DNA from: Flectonema sp. DT1601
Taxonomy: Eukaryota
Assembly: GCA_964019425.1 (NCBI GenBank)
Contig: OZ025791.1
Coordinates: 1,426,001 to 1,490,000, forward strand
Length of the DNA stretch: 64,000 nt
Direction of reading: 5' to 3'
Shown here: positions 25,832-40,000 of the stretch, piece by piece
Numbering within the stretch: position 1 is the stretch's first letter
Layout: each line of letters begins with the position of its first letter
The notes under the pieces: model-generated
Database searches by the model: none
The model's input: only the letters and a program-made list of their open reading frames with translations
Told to the model about the DNA's origin: nothing
Position numbers and translations under genes: made by a program

Positions 25832-26917
25832 ATGTTACTTCGACTTCAATACATCGTCGTGTTTATATTCTGGATTGGTGTTTCTTTGGTCTGGAGAGAA
25901 TCCATTCGTACAACAATCAACGTATCGATACCTGCCGTGAGAACACATTTAGAGTGGTGTCGAAATGGTGAAGAAATCTATCCTGGAGAAGTTAACAAGT
26001 CGTCAGAACGATGGGCATGGGAACCAGACATTTGTAATATAAAACACTACACTCCGACAGAGATAGAGGACTGCGTCAGTAAAAAGTCGATTTTAGGTGT
26101 CGGCGACTCTCTCATCGGTAATGCGATGTGGTCGATTCACTACTACGGTGGTGTTCCTACAGTGAGAGTTCCTGAGTGGGATAATATAACTGAGGAGCTG
26201 ACTATTGAAGAGCGTTTGACTTACAAAAAGAATTCATCTTTCTTTAAAAAAAGATTACCTGCGGAGGGAAAGTTCTTTTCAGTATCAGAAGATTCACCAA
26301 CCTCATCAATGTGGTGGGCGCCTACTCAAAACCCGAGACCGAATGACGACATGCGCTTGCATCCCATTTACAAAAGTTATCTTAAAGAAGCGGACATGGT
26401 TCTATACGGCGGAGGTATTTGGGACCTTGGAAGAGCCTCATGTGGTGTCGAAAGGTACTTTGACAGCCTCACAAGAAATTTAAAATCAACAAAGAAGCAA
26501 ATGAAATCCAATTCAGTTATTTTATACATGCCATTCCATTGGTTACAATTAAATGATAAAAACATAATGTGCAACCATCCAGATAGGCTGGCTAGTTACA
26601 GAGAAGCAGGTCAGTTAGCAGCAAGCTGTGCTGGAGTTGGTTATTTAACAACAGCTCCTATTACTCGTTATGAAGTCAGGTCATCTATTGATGGAGTTCA
26701 CTACTCCTTTCAGATGTCAACAATGGAACTCGATCTCGCACTTAATTCTGTTTGCGGTAACATTACATACTCTCCACCAGATATTCCCTGCAACACGGAT
26801 ACGATCAACAAATATAAAAAGCTTTGGGGTACACGTCCAGCAAACAAACAAGATTGCTGTGTTAAGAATACCGTCTGCGGGTGTCCTCTGGATGTCGAGG
26901 GAGTTGACATATTTTAG
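25832..26917 (+). CDS. SGNH-fold PC-esterase / TBL-like acyl-esterase or acyltransferase, type II membrane protein
   Basis: N-terminal TM; WAWEPDIC; GVGDSL nucleophile motif; DGVHY (DxxH); Cys-rich tail. Confidence 0.75.
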   Translation: MLLRLQYIVVFIFWIGVSLVWRESIRTTINVSIPAVRTHLEWCRNGEEIYPGEVNKSSERWAWEPDICNIKHYTPTEIEDCVSKKSILGVGDSLIGNAMWSIHYYGGVPTVRVPEWDNITEELTIEERLTYKKNSSFFKKRLPAEGKFFSVSEDSPTSSMWWAPTQNPRPNDDMRLHPIYKSYLKEADMVLYGGGIWDLGRASCGVERYFDSLTRNLKSTKKQMKSNSVILYMPFHWLQLNDKNIMCNHPDRLASYREAGQLAASCAGVGYLTTAPITRYEVRSSIDGVHYSFQMSTMELDLALNSVCGNITYSPPDIPCNTDTINKYKKLWGTRPANKQDCCVKNTVCGCPLDVEGVDIF

Positions 26918-27425
26918 TATTCATGTTGAAGGTGGTGGTTTCTGATTAGGGACTTCGGTAATCTCGTTTGTTGTAGCGAACGGGTAATTGATTACCTCAT
27001 ACCACGAGAGTGGTAAGGACTACGTAGAGATTGAGAGTGGGGTCTGAATAGACCAATCTTTGACTGTAATCGGATGTCGTTGGATTATTATTTTATTTAT
27101 TTATTTATATCGTAACTTGCAGAGACAACTCAATAGCTTTACTGATAAAATATCGTAAACTATACTTGGCAGTGTGTGCCAGAATGTTGCCTGCAAGTTC
27201 TTCCTCTCCCTTTTATTTTTCCCTCTCTGATTTCTTTTTTTAACTAACGTTTTCGTGCGCCTTTGAAAGTGTGTTTCACTGCCGGACGTGTTATTAAATT
27301 TTGTTATACTTCGTCAGCCTGACGGACTACCAATAGTGGTTGTGCTCTCTTATCTTTGTACTACTAATTGGTTAACTTTAAGAGTATTTCCTCACCAGGT
27401 GTGTACACGTCGTAGATAACATAAA

Positions 27426-29407
27426 ATGAACCGTGGTCCAATTATTTCTGATGTCACAGTTATGGATATTCCAACCCTGCTAACAAAAGTAAACGAGTCG
27501 CCATCAACATCTGGACAGTACCTCCCACAGGCAATGTTGTTAGCAGTTAATGAAAGTGATGTTATAAACGAGAAGATTAGTGAAATTATGATGACTGTTC
27601 TGAGTGTCTGTTCATATGAAGATGTTGTCTCATCCGTTGAGAGGTTTCCTAAAACAGTTCTCGGTGATAAGTTTGGATGGTGTGGTATGATTGAATACGT
27701 TATTAAAACAACTAACCAATCACTCTTACGAACTCTATTAGACAACACTGATTCCCTTACAAGATTTAGTAGCGAGACTCCCCTTGTAACCCTCCACTCA
27801 AGGCTAACGGCTGGTCCTAATGAAGCAGTTTCTGCAAAGAAGTGCACTCTTTTATATTTATTCGCTCGTTGTGGCAATACCAGTTGCTTCGAAGCTGAAT
27901 TAGCAAGAGGAGCCAACATAAACAATCCTCAGGAAGAGAGTGGGTCCACGGCATATCACACCGCTATATACAATCAACAGTTTGTGTTTATTTTCTTAAA
28001 TTACTTTCGGAGGACTTTTTAATCAAAATTAACTAAGCTTTTTGTTTTGATTTATTTTTGCCTTCTATTCTTTATGGTAATCGAATTAAAACAAAGAAGT
28101 AAACACATTAACAAAACCAAAACAGGATGTCAATCGTAGAAATCTGTCGATCCAGTGGAGCTGATCCAAATGTTAAGAACAAGTACGGAGAAAGTGTCCT
28201 CGACAACGCTCTGGGGAAGGGTAGCGTCGATGCCACAATCGCAGTTTTAGGAAGTTCTTTTCCACTATCAGAAACCACAATTGAAGAAACACTAAACAAC
28301 AGTGCGAATAAGAGAAAAACACATGTACTAACCTTCTCAGCAGCTAGAGCAGGAGACATGCGTGTAATTAACATCATTATGAAGCATGCGGGTGACAACA
28401 AGAAGTGTATGGCACCCATTGCAGGCACAAAGGCTAATCCTCTTCATGCAGCAGCTAGGGCAGGACACGATCAAATTCTTGAATTCTTAGCCAACAAGTT
28501 TCCAAGCGCTCTTAACTCGGCTGATCAAAAAGGAGAATATCCGTTGACAGCTGCACTCCAGCACACGAAGGACTTCTCAGTTATTGTCGGGCTGTTTAAA
28601 ATATCTGACATTGCAGGCTTGAAGAAGTCAGTTTTCGCTTTCAGCGGTGCTAAGCTGCCTGGCGGTTGCAGCCTTCTCCACCTCTGCGCTTATGCAGCTC
28701 ATTATGAAGCTGTGAAGTTCATTTTAGAACCTGAGAATATTTCTTTATATGACTTGGAGCAGAAAAATGAGTGCGGAGACTCCCCTATTCTTGCCGCCCG
28801 TCAGGGTGGAGATAATCGTATTGTGGAACTCATTGCTAAAGCTTTGGCAGGAGAGAATAGTACTTCTGTTAACCCTCCAGCAGAGGAGAAAGTCCGTAAA
28901 AACGATCCTCTCGATGGGGAGGGTGATTCAGATTTTCAGGCTCGCACTAGAAACACAGCTGACGATAACTGCCCTAGAGTAGCTGAAAGCCTCGCTGACG
29001 ATGGCTGCCCTAGAGTAGCTGAAAGCCTCGCTGACGATGGCTGCCCTAGAGTAGCTGAGAGCCTCGCTGATGATGGTTGCCCTAGAGTAGCTGAAAGCCT
29101 CGCTGACGATGGCTGCCCTAGAGTAGCTGAAAGCTTCGTTGACGATAACTGCCCTAGAGTAGCTGAAAGCCTCGCTGATGATGGCTGCCCTAGAGTGGCT
29201 GAGAGCCTCGCTGACAACAGCAACCGTAACCGTTTTGCTGTAGATGAGAGCCTCGCTGACGATGGTAACCGTAACCGTTTTGCTGTAGATGAGAGCCTCC
29301 CTAACTGTAGCAGTTCTTTTAGTGCAGATCAATCAACTGAATATGATGAACTCTTAGAAGATCGTTTTGCACGTGTCGGTGAATCCGACCGATTTGCCAG
29401 AGACTAA
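27426..29407 (+). CDS. Ankyrin-repeat protein with tandem-repeat acidic tail; exons 27426-27979 and 28126-29407
   Basis: Ankyrin motifs GANINN..GSTAYHTA, GADPNVKNKYGES, NPLHAAARAGH and GDSPILAA; intron 27980-28125 joins the ORFs in frame. Confidence 0.8.
28958..29299 (+). repeat. Coding minisatellite: 7 x 36 bp (ADDGCPRVAESL) followed by 2 x 45 bp (ADxxNRNRFAVDESL)
   Basis: Unit gctgacgatggctgccctagagtagctgaaagcctc repeated head-to-tail with no spacers. Confidence 0.95.
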
Positions 29408-29974
29408 AATCTGTCTTTAGTTTGCTGCCTCCCTTTTATTTTTTTGTTTCCGTGTAAATTGAACAATCTTTTTGGTAAGGAGAATATCAGCCGTTTTTGA
29501 TCTTTCGCATGCAAACAAAACAAAGTAGTGTTTTCACTACAAAACATGTTGATTCTTGTGAGGCCAATTGTTTTCCTTATTTTCAAGTCCTTCGGGAGTA
29601 TAACGCGGGCAAAAGTATTCTACTCAAAAATTTCCTCCTTTTACTTAAACACCTCCTGCCTCCTCCGAATGAGGAAAGGGTAATAGCAATCCGGGCAATC
29701 TTTTCGTTCAATTCCTCTGTTTTGAGGAGCCATCTGTTTCTATTAAGAGGGTTAGCGTACGAAGGGGACGTAAAGCTCAATTCCTTCAGTACTGCACACT
29801 TCGGCTAATTAGTCGATTGAATCCCGTGAAGTGATAATTATGTATCGCAAAAGTAACTTTTAAATAACTTATCTCCAACAGCAGTTTGATATTATGTGGA
29901 TCAGGTTTAGTCGAAAAGTGTTTCTTGTGTTGTGTTTGTTGGTTTCTTTTATTTATTTAACTTCCAACAGTCAG

Positions 29975-32900
29975 ATGTCGTCGGAACATCCTTTGGATGC
30001 CTCACCTGATGCAGACAATTCGATGTTTCTCGTTCAACGGACTCGATCAGAGTCTCAAGGGATCGCACCAGCATCACCTCTCGCAAGCAGTTTCAGTAAA
30101 CGGCAATTTCCTGGACCGCAATCACCTGTAAAAGGAAAAGTTCTTCAGGTACAGGCAACACCAGTACGAATGCCATCAGGTGAAGAGTTCAGAGGGTTCC
30201 TTGATGATAACAAGAAGCCACGTGGGATTGGTGAAATGTCACTAAACTCGTGTTATGCTTTCAGAGGATATTTCGTAAATGGAATGCGACAAGGGAATGG
30301 ATCAGTTCTTATTCTATGTCATGGAACAGAATTAATGATTCACGCTTCATGGATAGCTAATCGAATTGATGATAAGAGACCTGCTAAAATAGAATACGCT
30401 AACGGTGATCTTTACTATGGAGTCATTACTGCTACCACTGCTCATATTGCTGATGAGAACAGCTTTCCATCTTATTTGAAAACATTAACTGTTCAACGTT
30501 CAGGTATTGGTGAGCTCTGCAGTAGAGACAGAGAAGGTCGTCAAGAAAGATACTTCGGAACTTTTAAGCAGAATCAACGAGCTTGGTTCGGAGTCCAAAT
30601 ATACGGATCGGGTGCGAAGTACTACGGGCAGTGGGAGGGAGGTATTCGATCTGGATTGGGAACACAACTCAACAGCGATGGAAGTATTTTCGAAGGTCTC
30701 TGGAAGAAGGACGAGCCTTGTGGACAAGGATCTCTCCTCCTACCTAATGGCAGCATTGTAAATGGTGTTTGGAAAGGTGATTCTTTACCGAGCAAGGCAA
30801 AGTGTACACCAAATGCGATGGAACCCAGCATGTGGTCAAAGACACAAGTCGCCTGCAGTTGGGGTACAGAACTTCCCAACAGCATGTACTGGACTCGTCA
30901 GGAGAGGATTGGTACTCGTTGGAGAAGTCTAATCGCGTCAGTGGCTTCGGAATTCGCTGCCGAAAAGCAGAAGAATGAGTCTCAAGAATCTATATTCCTC
31001 AGAGTAGTACTTCAATACTTGAAGGGATTGGGAAGGATTTCTATCCACCAGTCGGCATCACTCGAAATCTTACCTTTCCTCAAACCTGCTGACTTGAAGG
31101 ATTTACGACCACAACTTTCATCGGCGTTGTCGAAATATTTACAATCGGCATTTGACTCAAGAAGTAGGCATCCTTTAGCTAGTATGTGTACGTGGTTTCA
31201 GAGGTACTTTATGTTTTTATACGGAACCTGTGCGTCTAATGACGAGATTGGTTCAGGTCCGAATACTGCGATATTCAAAGGCGGGTATTTCAGTGATTCA
31301 GTCTTTGATGAATTAAAAGTTCCTTCCGGAACCAAACCTGAATCACCAATTACGTGTTCACCAGCTAAGAAGAATCGATTGTCGTATTGTTTTACTCGAT
31401 CTCATTTCGGTGGATGCATTCACAGAAGTCGTAATACAAAAATAAGTAAATTACACTTACACAACGCACATGAAGATATTGTTACTTTCTTATATAGATT
31501 TAAAGATTGCGTTAGGAAGTGTCTCGGCAATCCAATAGCTGACATGTTACAGTCAAGTAATATAGATGAGAGTATCTACAGAAGGATTAATGATAAAGTT
31601 GTTCTTTCACGAGCCTATCCAATCCTTAGAAATTTGTATTCGGTAGTGTACCGTAGAGATGATTATAAGTTTAAATGGAAATTACAAACACTGAAGAATG
31701 TTACACTCGATGACATTGGTGTGACTTTTGCAAGAAATAAAGAAGAAGAGAAGTTATTTCATCCATACGATGCTTCGATCACGGAGTTGTCTGGTCTACA
31801 ACAGTTTGGTTCGTTATCTGACAAGTTGAGTTGTTTAAGAAAAGTAGCCACAGAAATAGACTCTCATACTATCGTTAATCAGTTAAAGGAGAAACATCAA
31901 AGTAATATTAAAAAACAAAGGAATGCCTACGAAGACGTAATGGCGACTCACAGAAAACGAGCAGGAAGTCGGATGCCAGAAACAAGCATCTCTCGCACAG
32001 ATAATGAATCCAGGATTTCACTTGACTTACCAAAGTCAGTTGAAGATCGTGAGAATCATGCACTGGGGCAAGCAGAGGAATCACTCTTATTTGCTTCACT
32101 ACCTGCATCACCTCCACATAGACAAGCCAGCATATCAACTAGCGATGACTTAAAGGGTGGATCAAGTCTTGACCCAGCCTGTGTGTTCGAACTTAATATT
32201 AATGATACACTCTCAAACCACACGGACATCGAGGGAGGTTCTGCGGATGAGTTATTTCCGATTAATTTATATATTTTTATTAAGGCGATGCTTCCCAATT
32301 GTGTTTCGGAAGTTCAATTTCTTGTTGACTGGACTGGCAACACTCAGCTATTTGAGTCTACAAGTGATGATAATTACCGACTCGCTACCTTCCAAGCGTG
32401 TACTTCATATTGTCAGGAGCTTGATTGGAGTATTCGTGACGCTCAGAGAGTGCTCATACCTCACTCGGTAATCGAAAACCGACTCGTCACGGCATGCAAC
32501 AACGCCATCGGTACAATGCGTCAACGGTATGTTTCTATTCCATTTCTGTTTTTTTTTAATTTTTATCATAGCTGTCGGACAATAAATAACTACACCACAA
32601 AACAGAGGCAAGATTCGCTACCACCCTGGAGACAGCACACTCGTTGAGTTCTTCCCAGGGTTAGTTTGGGTAAGTAATTTGATGTTATTCATCGGGTCAG
32701 CTGATATGAATATGTACTCGCCATCGAAGAAGGGAAATAATAAAGTTCTACGAGTTGATATTTCATCTGTTGGGAATCTTGATGGAGAGATGGCAGAACT
32801 TCTAAGTAAAGTTGTCAGATCTGTTGAATTAGAATTAGTATTCGGTGATGATGAGTTACTTATCGAAGACTATTCAGTTCAGTCAATGAAGTCTCAACAA

Positions 32901-33146
32901 ATGGAATCTGATATTACTTCTCAACCATCACTCGTAGATGAGGATGATGATGATGAGGAATGGACAGCAGCAAAACCCCGCTGGGGATTCACCCGCTCGG
33001 TGTCATTTGCTCCAAATAGCAATTCTTCAGCAACTGCTTTTGTTCATCCCAACACTCAAATATCAGTTCTGTTTAAAGAGCTTTATCCTTCATCATTATA
33101 TCAGGCGTTAGCTCGAGTGTTTGAAGATCCCGATGTCCTTAACTAA
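29975..33146 (+). CDS. MORN-repeat + VPS9-domain protein (alsin C-terminus-like, putative Rab5 GEF); exons 29975-32526 and 32606-33146
   Basis: MORN repeats (YFGTFKQNQRAWFG, YYGQWEGGIRSGLG, FEGLWKKDEPCGQG); VPS9 motif GSADELFPINLYIFIKA...YRLATFQAC; intron 32527-32605 in frame. Confidence 0.8.
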
Positions 33147-34085
33147 CTTATGTGAGAGGGTGTAGTATCATCTAATTTCAGAGTATGTCGTTCTCACAGA
33201 GGCCTATTTTTATAGGCTTTTCCATTCATCACATCAGTTGACTGTTTGGTGTGATGCTTTGACTAGAAATGTTTGATATCTCTTCCTTGCCTGTATGGTC
33301 GTTTGTGTATTCGTTTCCTGTGTTTGTGTTAGAATGTACTTCGTTGTTTCGACTCACTAACTGTGATTTGTCAGTTTTCTCCCGCCACCCCATCATACTC
33401 ATTCCACGACTCGAATTGTCAGCCAGAAGAGTATCAGTTTTCAGATCTCTTTTTGAAGAGGAATGGTATTTAGATGGCCAATGTGTTTATGTTGGTGAAA
33501 ACTCCACTTGTCTAATAGCAGAGTTCTTATTCAAACAAAGGTTTGTTATCTTGTCGTCTACTCTTGTAGTGTTGGAAGTAGACTGTCTCTGTGAGGTACT
33601 TTATTGACAAGACAACTTCAAAACAACTTGTCACTTAGTCTGAAATAATTATTTTGAACAATTATTTAATTACTATAAATTACTTCACTAACTGATTACT
33701 AGCTGACATAAGCTAGGCTCCCACTGTGGAGTCAGTCACCCTCTTGTGGGTTGATATGTATATGAATGTCAAATTGTTAGTACAGCATAATACTGTGCTA
33801 CACTTACTCTGGTCCTCTTTTGTATTTCCACAATCAAATTATAACCTCACTGTTGATCCTGTGGGTCAACCATGTAGAGGGAGGGAAGAGAACAAAGGGA
33901 AAAAGTAATGACGAGGTGTCCTCTATTTGTCTTGTGCGAGTCACTTTCAGGGTTTTCGAGTGTTACTTTCGGATAATTATTTCATAGTTTACAGGTAGGT
34001 GACTTCAGATGGCAGTGGCGCAGGTAGTAATGCTCTCGACAGACTTGTTGATGTGTTTATATAAGTACTTTCCCCAGGAACGATA

Positions 34086-37000
34086 ATGTCTAAAATGATA
34101 ATTCCAATCTTTGGAATAATTGGAATGTGGGTTTCCGGAGCAAACGCGTTGGGTAGCTGCGGTCTGAGTCCAAACGTTGCAACTTGCTCTGAGGATGAGA
34201 TGTGTGTGACGGTTTCACCAGATGGTCCAAACAGATTTCAGTGTACGAAAGTGTGTTTGGCATCGAAGTGTAATAATCACGTTGACCTCATGACTTTTAG
34301 AAATAGCCCTACAAATTGTGAGCAAGTAGAGCCCTACTCATGTTCTATAACTGCTGCTATAGAATGTGAGTGCACTACTTGTAGTCAGGGCTGGGCTGGA
34401 GTAACATGTGAAAAATGTGCAATTGGCTACTCTGGTGCTACTTGCGCTCCAATTTGTACCATTCCTGCTGACTGCAGTAATCACGCTGATAAAGTAGTCT
34501 ATGTTGAGGGTAGTGGTACGTGTACCTGTACTTGTTCTGACTCATACAGTGGTGCTGATTGCAGTATTTGTGAATCAAAATTCGATCAAAATAATTGCAA
34601 CAAGTGTGCTGAACTATTCATATCGTACCCAACATGTTCACAATGTACTAATGTAGATAGTTGTAATGGTCACGCTGCTTCTGTTTCTACTGACGCCTTA
34701 CAGACACAATGTCTCTGCAGCTGTGTCTCAAAGTTCAAAGGAGATACTTGCGATACCTGCGCGGTCGGTTATATTACCTACCCAACCTGTACTGAATGTA
34801 CAAGTATTGATCATTGTACTAATAGAGCAACTGCTGTTGATAGCAATAGTGCTAATACAAAGTGTGTTTGTACAACTTGTCGGAATTCCTATTCTGGTGA
34901 TCAGTGTGAGACCTGTAAGACAAAGTACGGCGGATCTGATTGTGATGAGTGCGCAGTTAAACACATCAACTACCCGACCTGTACACAGTGCACTGCTGCA
35001 GCTCACTGTTCCAATCACGCGGACAGTGTTACATCAGACGCAATGAAACAAAACTGTGACTGCACCTGCAGAAACCAGTGGAAGGGTGCAACTTGCGATA
35101 CCTGCGATGTGAAATTTGCTGGTGATTGCGACGCATGTGCCGCTGGGTACATTGGACCGTTCCCTAACTGTGTTCAATGTACAGAAGGAACTCACTGTTC
35201 TAACCACGCTTCAGCAGTATCTGATGACGGTACGAGAACTACTTGCAGCTGTACTTGTAATGATGGCTTTGAGGGAGCTGACTGCAGTGGATGTGCTGCT
35301 ACTCACATCAACTATCCAACTTGTACGAAATGTACGTCTGCTGATCACTGCAATGGTAATGCGAAGAGTGTTGCTGACGATATGAGAACCACTTGTGTCT
35401 GCACCTGCAAGGGAAAGTTTGAAGGAAGTACCTGCGACTCTTGCAAGGCAGATCACATCAACTACCCGACCTGTACACAGTGCACTGCTGCAGCTCACTG
35501 TTCCAATCACGCGGACAATGTCACATCAGACGCAATGAAACAAAACTGTGATTGCACCTGCAGAAACCAGTGGAAGGGTGCAACTTGCGATACCTGCGAT
35601 GTGAAGTTCGGTGGTGATTGCGACGCATGTGCCGTTGGGTACATTGGACCGTTCCCTAACTGTGTTCAATGTACAGAAGGAACTCACTGTTCTAACCACG
35701 CTTCAGCAGTATCTGATGACGGTACGAGAACTACTTGCAGTTGTACTTGTAATGATGGCTTTGAGGGAGCTGACTGCAGTGGATGTGCTGCTACTCACAT
35801 CAACTATCCAACTTGTACGAAATGTACGTCTGCTGATCACTGCAATGGTAATGCGAAGAGTGTTGCTGATGATATGAGAACCACTTGTGTCTGCACCTGC
35901 AAGGGAAAGTTTGAAGGAAGTACCTGCGACTCTTGCAAGGCAGATCACATCAACTACCCGACCTGTACACAGTGCACTGTTGGGGCTCACTGTTCCAATC
36001 ACGCGGACAGTGTCACATCAGACGCAATGAAACAAAACTGTGACTGCACCTGCAGAAACCAGTGGAAGGGTGCAACTTGCGATACTTGCGATGTGAAGTT
36101 CGGTGGTGATTGCGACGCATGTGCCGTTGGGTACATTGGACCGTTCCCTAACTGTGTTCAATGTACAGAAGGAACTCACTGTTCTAACCACGCTTCAGCA
36201 GTATCTGATGACGGTACGAGAACTACTTGCAGCTGTACTTGTAATGATGGCTTTGAGGGAGCTGACTGCAGTGGATGTGCTGCTACTCACATCAATTATC
36301 CAACTTGTACGAAATGTACGTCTGCTGATCACTGCAATGGTAATGCGAAGAGTGTTGCTGACGATATGAGAACCACTTGTGTCTGCACCTGCAAGGATGG
36401 TTTTGAGGGAAGTGCCTGCAACAACTGTTTAGCGAATCACATCAACTACCCGACCTGTACACAGTGTACTGTCAAAGCTCACTGTTCCAACCACGCAGAC
36501 AGTGTTGTTGCTGACTCTATGCAGCAAAACTGTGATTGCACCTGCAGAAACCAGTGGAAGGGTGCAACTTGCGATACCTGCGATGTGAAGTTCGGTGGTG
36601 ATTGCGACGCATGTGCCGCTGGGTACATTGGACCGTTCCCTAACTGTGTTCAATGTACAGAAGGAACTCACTGTTCTAACCACGCTTCAGCAGTATCTGA
36701 TGACGGTACGAGAACTACTTGCAGTTGTACTTGTAATGATGGCTTTGAGGGAGCTGACTGCAGTGGATGTGCTGCTACTCACATCAACTATCCAACTTGT
36801 ACGAAATGTACGTCTGCTGATCACTGCAATGGTAATGCGAAGAGTGTTGCTGATGATATGAGAACCACTTGTGTCTGCACCTGCAAGGGAAAGTTTGAAG
36901 GAAGTACCTGCGACTCTTGCAAGGCAGATCACATCAACTACCCGACCTGTACACAGTGCACTGTTGGGGCTCACTGTTCCAATCACGCGGACAATGTCAC

Positions 37001-40000
37001 ATCAGACGCAATGAAACAAAACTGTGATTGCACCTGCAGAAACCAGTGGAAGGGTGCAACTTGCGATACCTGCGATGTGAAGTTCGGTGGTGATTGCGAC
37101 GCATGTGCCGTTGGGTACATTGGACCGTTCCCTAACTGTGTTCAATGTACAGAAGGAACTCACTGTTCTAACCACGCTTCAGCAGTATCTGATGACGGTA
37201 CGAGAACTACTTGCAGTTGTACTTGTAATGATGGCTTTGAGGGAGCTGACTGCAGTGGATGTGCTGCTACTCACATCAACTATCCAACTTGTACGAAATG
37301 TACGTCTGCTGATCACTGCAATGGTAATGCGAAGAGTGTTGCTGATGATATGAGAACCACTTGTGTCTGCACCTGCAAGGGAAAGTTTGAAGGAAGTACC
37401 TGCGACTCTTGCAAGGCAGATCACATCAACTACCCGACCTGTACACAGTGCACTGTTGGGGCTCACTGTTCCAATCACGCGGACAATGTCACATCAGACG
37501 CAATGAAACAAAACTGTGACTGCACCTGCAGAAACCAGTGGAAGGGTGCAACTTGCGATACTTGCGATGTGAAGTTCGGTGGTGATTGCGACGCATGTGC
37601 CGCTGGGTACATTGGACCGTTCCCTAACTGTGTTCAATGTACAGAAGGAACTCACTGTTCTAACCACGCTTCGGCAGTATCTGATGACGGTACGAGAACT
37701 ACTTGCAGCTGTACTTGTGACAGTCCGTGGACAGGTAGCGACTGCAGCGTCTGCCCAGTAAACTTTGGAGGTACAAACTGCGACAAGTGTGCTGATGGTT
37801 TGTTTGGTTACCCAAACTGTCTTCCATGCACGCCATCAGATGCTTGCAACAGTCACGCTGATTCTGCGAAGGTTGAAAGCGATAAATGCGTTTGCGAATG
37901 CAGCAACAAATGGAGCGGTCCGACGTGTGCCATTTGCGACGGACTATTCGGAGGAGTAAACTGCGACATGTGCATCGCCAATCACATTAACTTCCCAACT
38001 TGCACGGAATGTACAGCAGCTGTTCACTGTAATAATAATGCTGCGAGTGTTGTGGATATTAATAGGGCTACTTGCAATTGCACTTGCAAAGCTGGTTTTG
38101 ATGAAGCTGACTGTGGAGTGTGTGCAGCTAATCACACTGGGTACCCTATCTGTTCGGAGTGCACAATTGCAGGTAACTGTTCGGGGAATGCGAACACAGT
38201 AGTTGACGTCAATAAGCTCACCTGTCAGTGTGATTGCAGAAACCAATGGAAGGGTGCAACGTGTGACATCTGCGACGCCAAATTTGACAACGACTGCGGT
38301 GCATGTGCCCCGGGGTACATCAAACCATTCCCTCAATGTGTTCAATGCAATACTACAACTCATTGCAGTAATCACGCTAACACTGTTACAGATAACGGAG
38401 ATAGATCTACTTGTGTATGTGACTGCAGAAACAAATGGACAGGTGACCAGTGTCAAACATGCCCTCCAACCTATGCCGGTGCCGACTGCGATGAATGCGC
38501 AGCTGGAGCAATTGGATATCCCGGCTGCGGTAATTGTGACAACGCAACTGATTGTAACGGACACGCGGCAACTGTTTCCGTCAATAAAACAACTGACTCC
38601 TGTGTTTGTCAATGTCTTACTCAGTTTGAAGGAGCTACTTGCGATAAGTGTTCCTCAAATCACATCAACTATCCAACTTGTACTCCTTGTGATAACACTA
38701 ATCACTGCAACGGAAATGCACAGCTGGTGTCTGACAACGGAATGCGCACCGGGTGTACCTGCGATTGCAGAAATAAATGGACTGGTACGACCTGTGATAC
38801 CTGCCCTTCACAATATGGTGGCAGTGACTGTGATGAGTGTGCAGTAGGTAGGATTGGATATGACACCTGCACGGAGTGTACAGTAAGAAATCATTGCAGT
38901 AATCACGCTACCTCAGTTACTGATGATGGAACTCGTACTACTTGTAAGTGTACTTGTGATAATGGCTGGTCAGGTGATCAATGTCAGACTTGTGAATCAA
39001 AATACGACAACAGCAACAATCTCTGTGACTCTTGTGCTGTGGGTCATATTAACTTCCCGACTTGTACTCAGTGTGACTTCACTCTCTGTGGTGGTAAAGC
39101 TTCATCTATATCCGACAACGGAAACCGCACCAGCTGCCTTTGCCAATGCAACAACCAGTGGACTGGTCCGACATGTACGACCTGTCCATCGAAGTTTGCC
39201 GGATCGAATTGTAATAAGTGTGCTGCTGATAGAGTTAACTATCCGAGTTGTGATGTTTGTGATATAACAACTCATTGTGGTGGTAATGCTGTCTCTGTAT
39301 CACCAGATGCTACTCAAACTACCTGTAACTGTACTTGTAAAGATAGCTGGACTTCGCCAACTACCGGAACCCAGTGCACTGTCTGCCCAACAAAGTTTGA
39401 CCAAACGACATGTAGCAGTTGTGCATCAGGTTACTTCGGCTACCCGGGTTGTACAAAGTGTGATGTTGCTACGGGATGTTCTAATCACGCAACGGCCGCA
39501 ATAGTTCTTGGTGATGTGTGCACCTGTAACTGTACTGACCAGTGGACTGGTGCTACGTGTGATCTGTGTGACGCAAAGTTCGATCAAAACACTTGCGACA
39601 GGTGTGCGAATGGTTTCATTGACTACCCAAACTGTGTCCAGTGTGATAACTCTCTTCATTGTTCTGGAAATGGAGTCGCGAAATCGAATGCACTCAACAC
39701 GGAGTGCACATGCGATTGTTCAAACAGTTGGACACATCAAATGGGAAAGTGTGACTTCTGTGACCCAGCCAAGTACTCGGGTGCTACTTGTAATGCATGT
39801 GCTCAAGGTCTTAAGGATTATCCTCTTTGTGGAGATATTTGTCACATTAGTATGTGTGGTGGTGCTAATAAGGCTTCTGCTGTAGTTTACAACACAGTGA
39901 CTGCTGCTTGTGACTGTACTTGTTCTAATCAATACACAGGTGCTAATTGCAGTGTTTGTGATTCGAAGTTTGCGGGGCTTTGTGACGGGTGTGCTACTGG

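Noticed and set aside
28958..29299. 36-bp repeats as a CRISPR array
   Set aside because: The units are contiguous with no unique spacers and lie in frame within a eukaryotic CDS; no cas genes are present.
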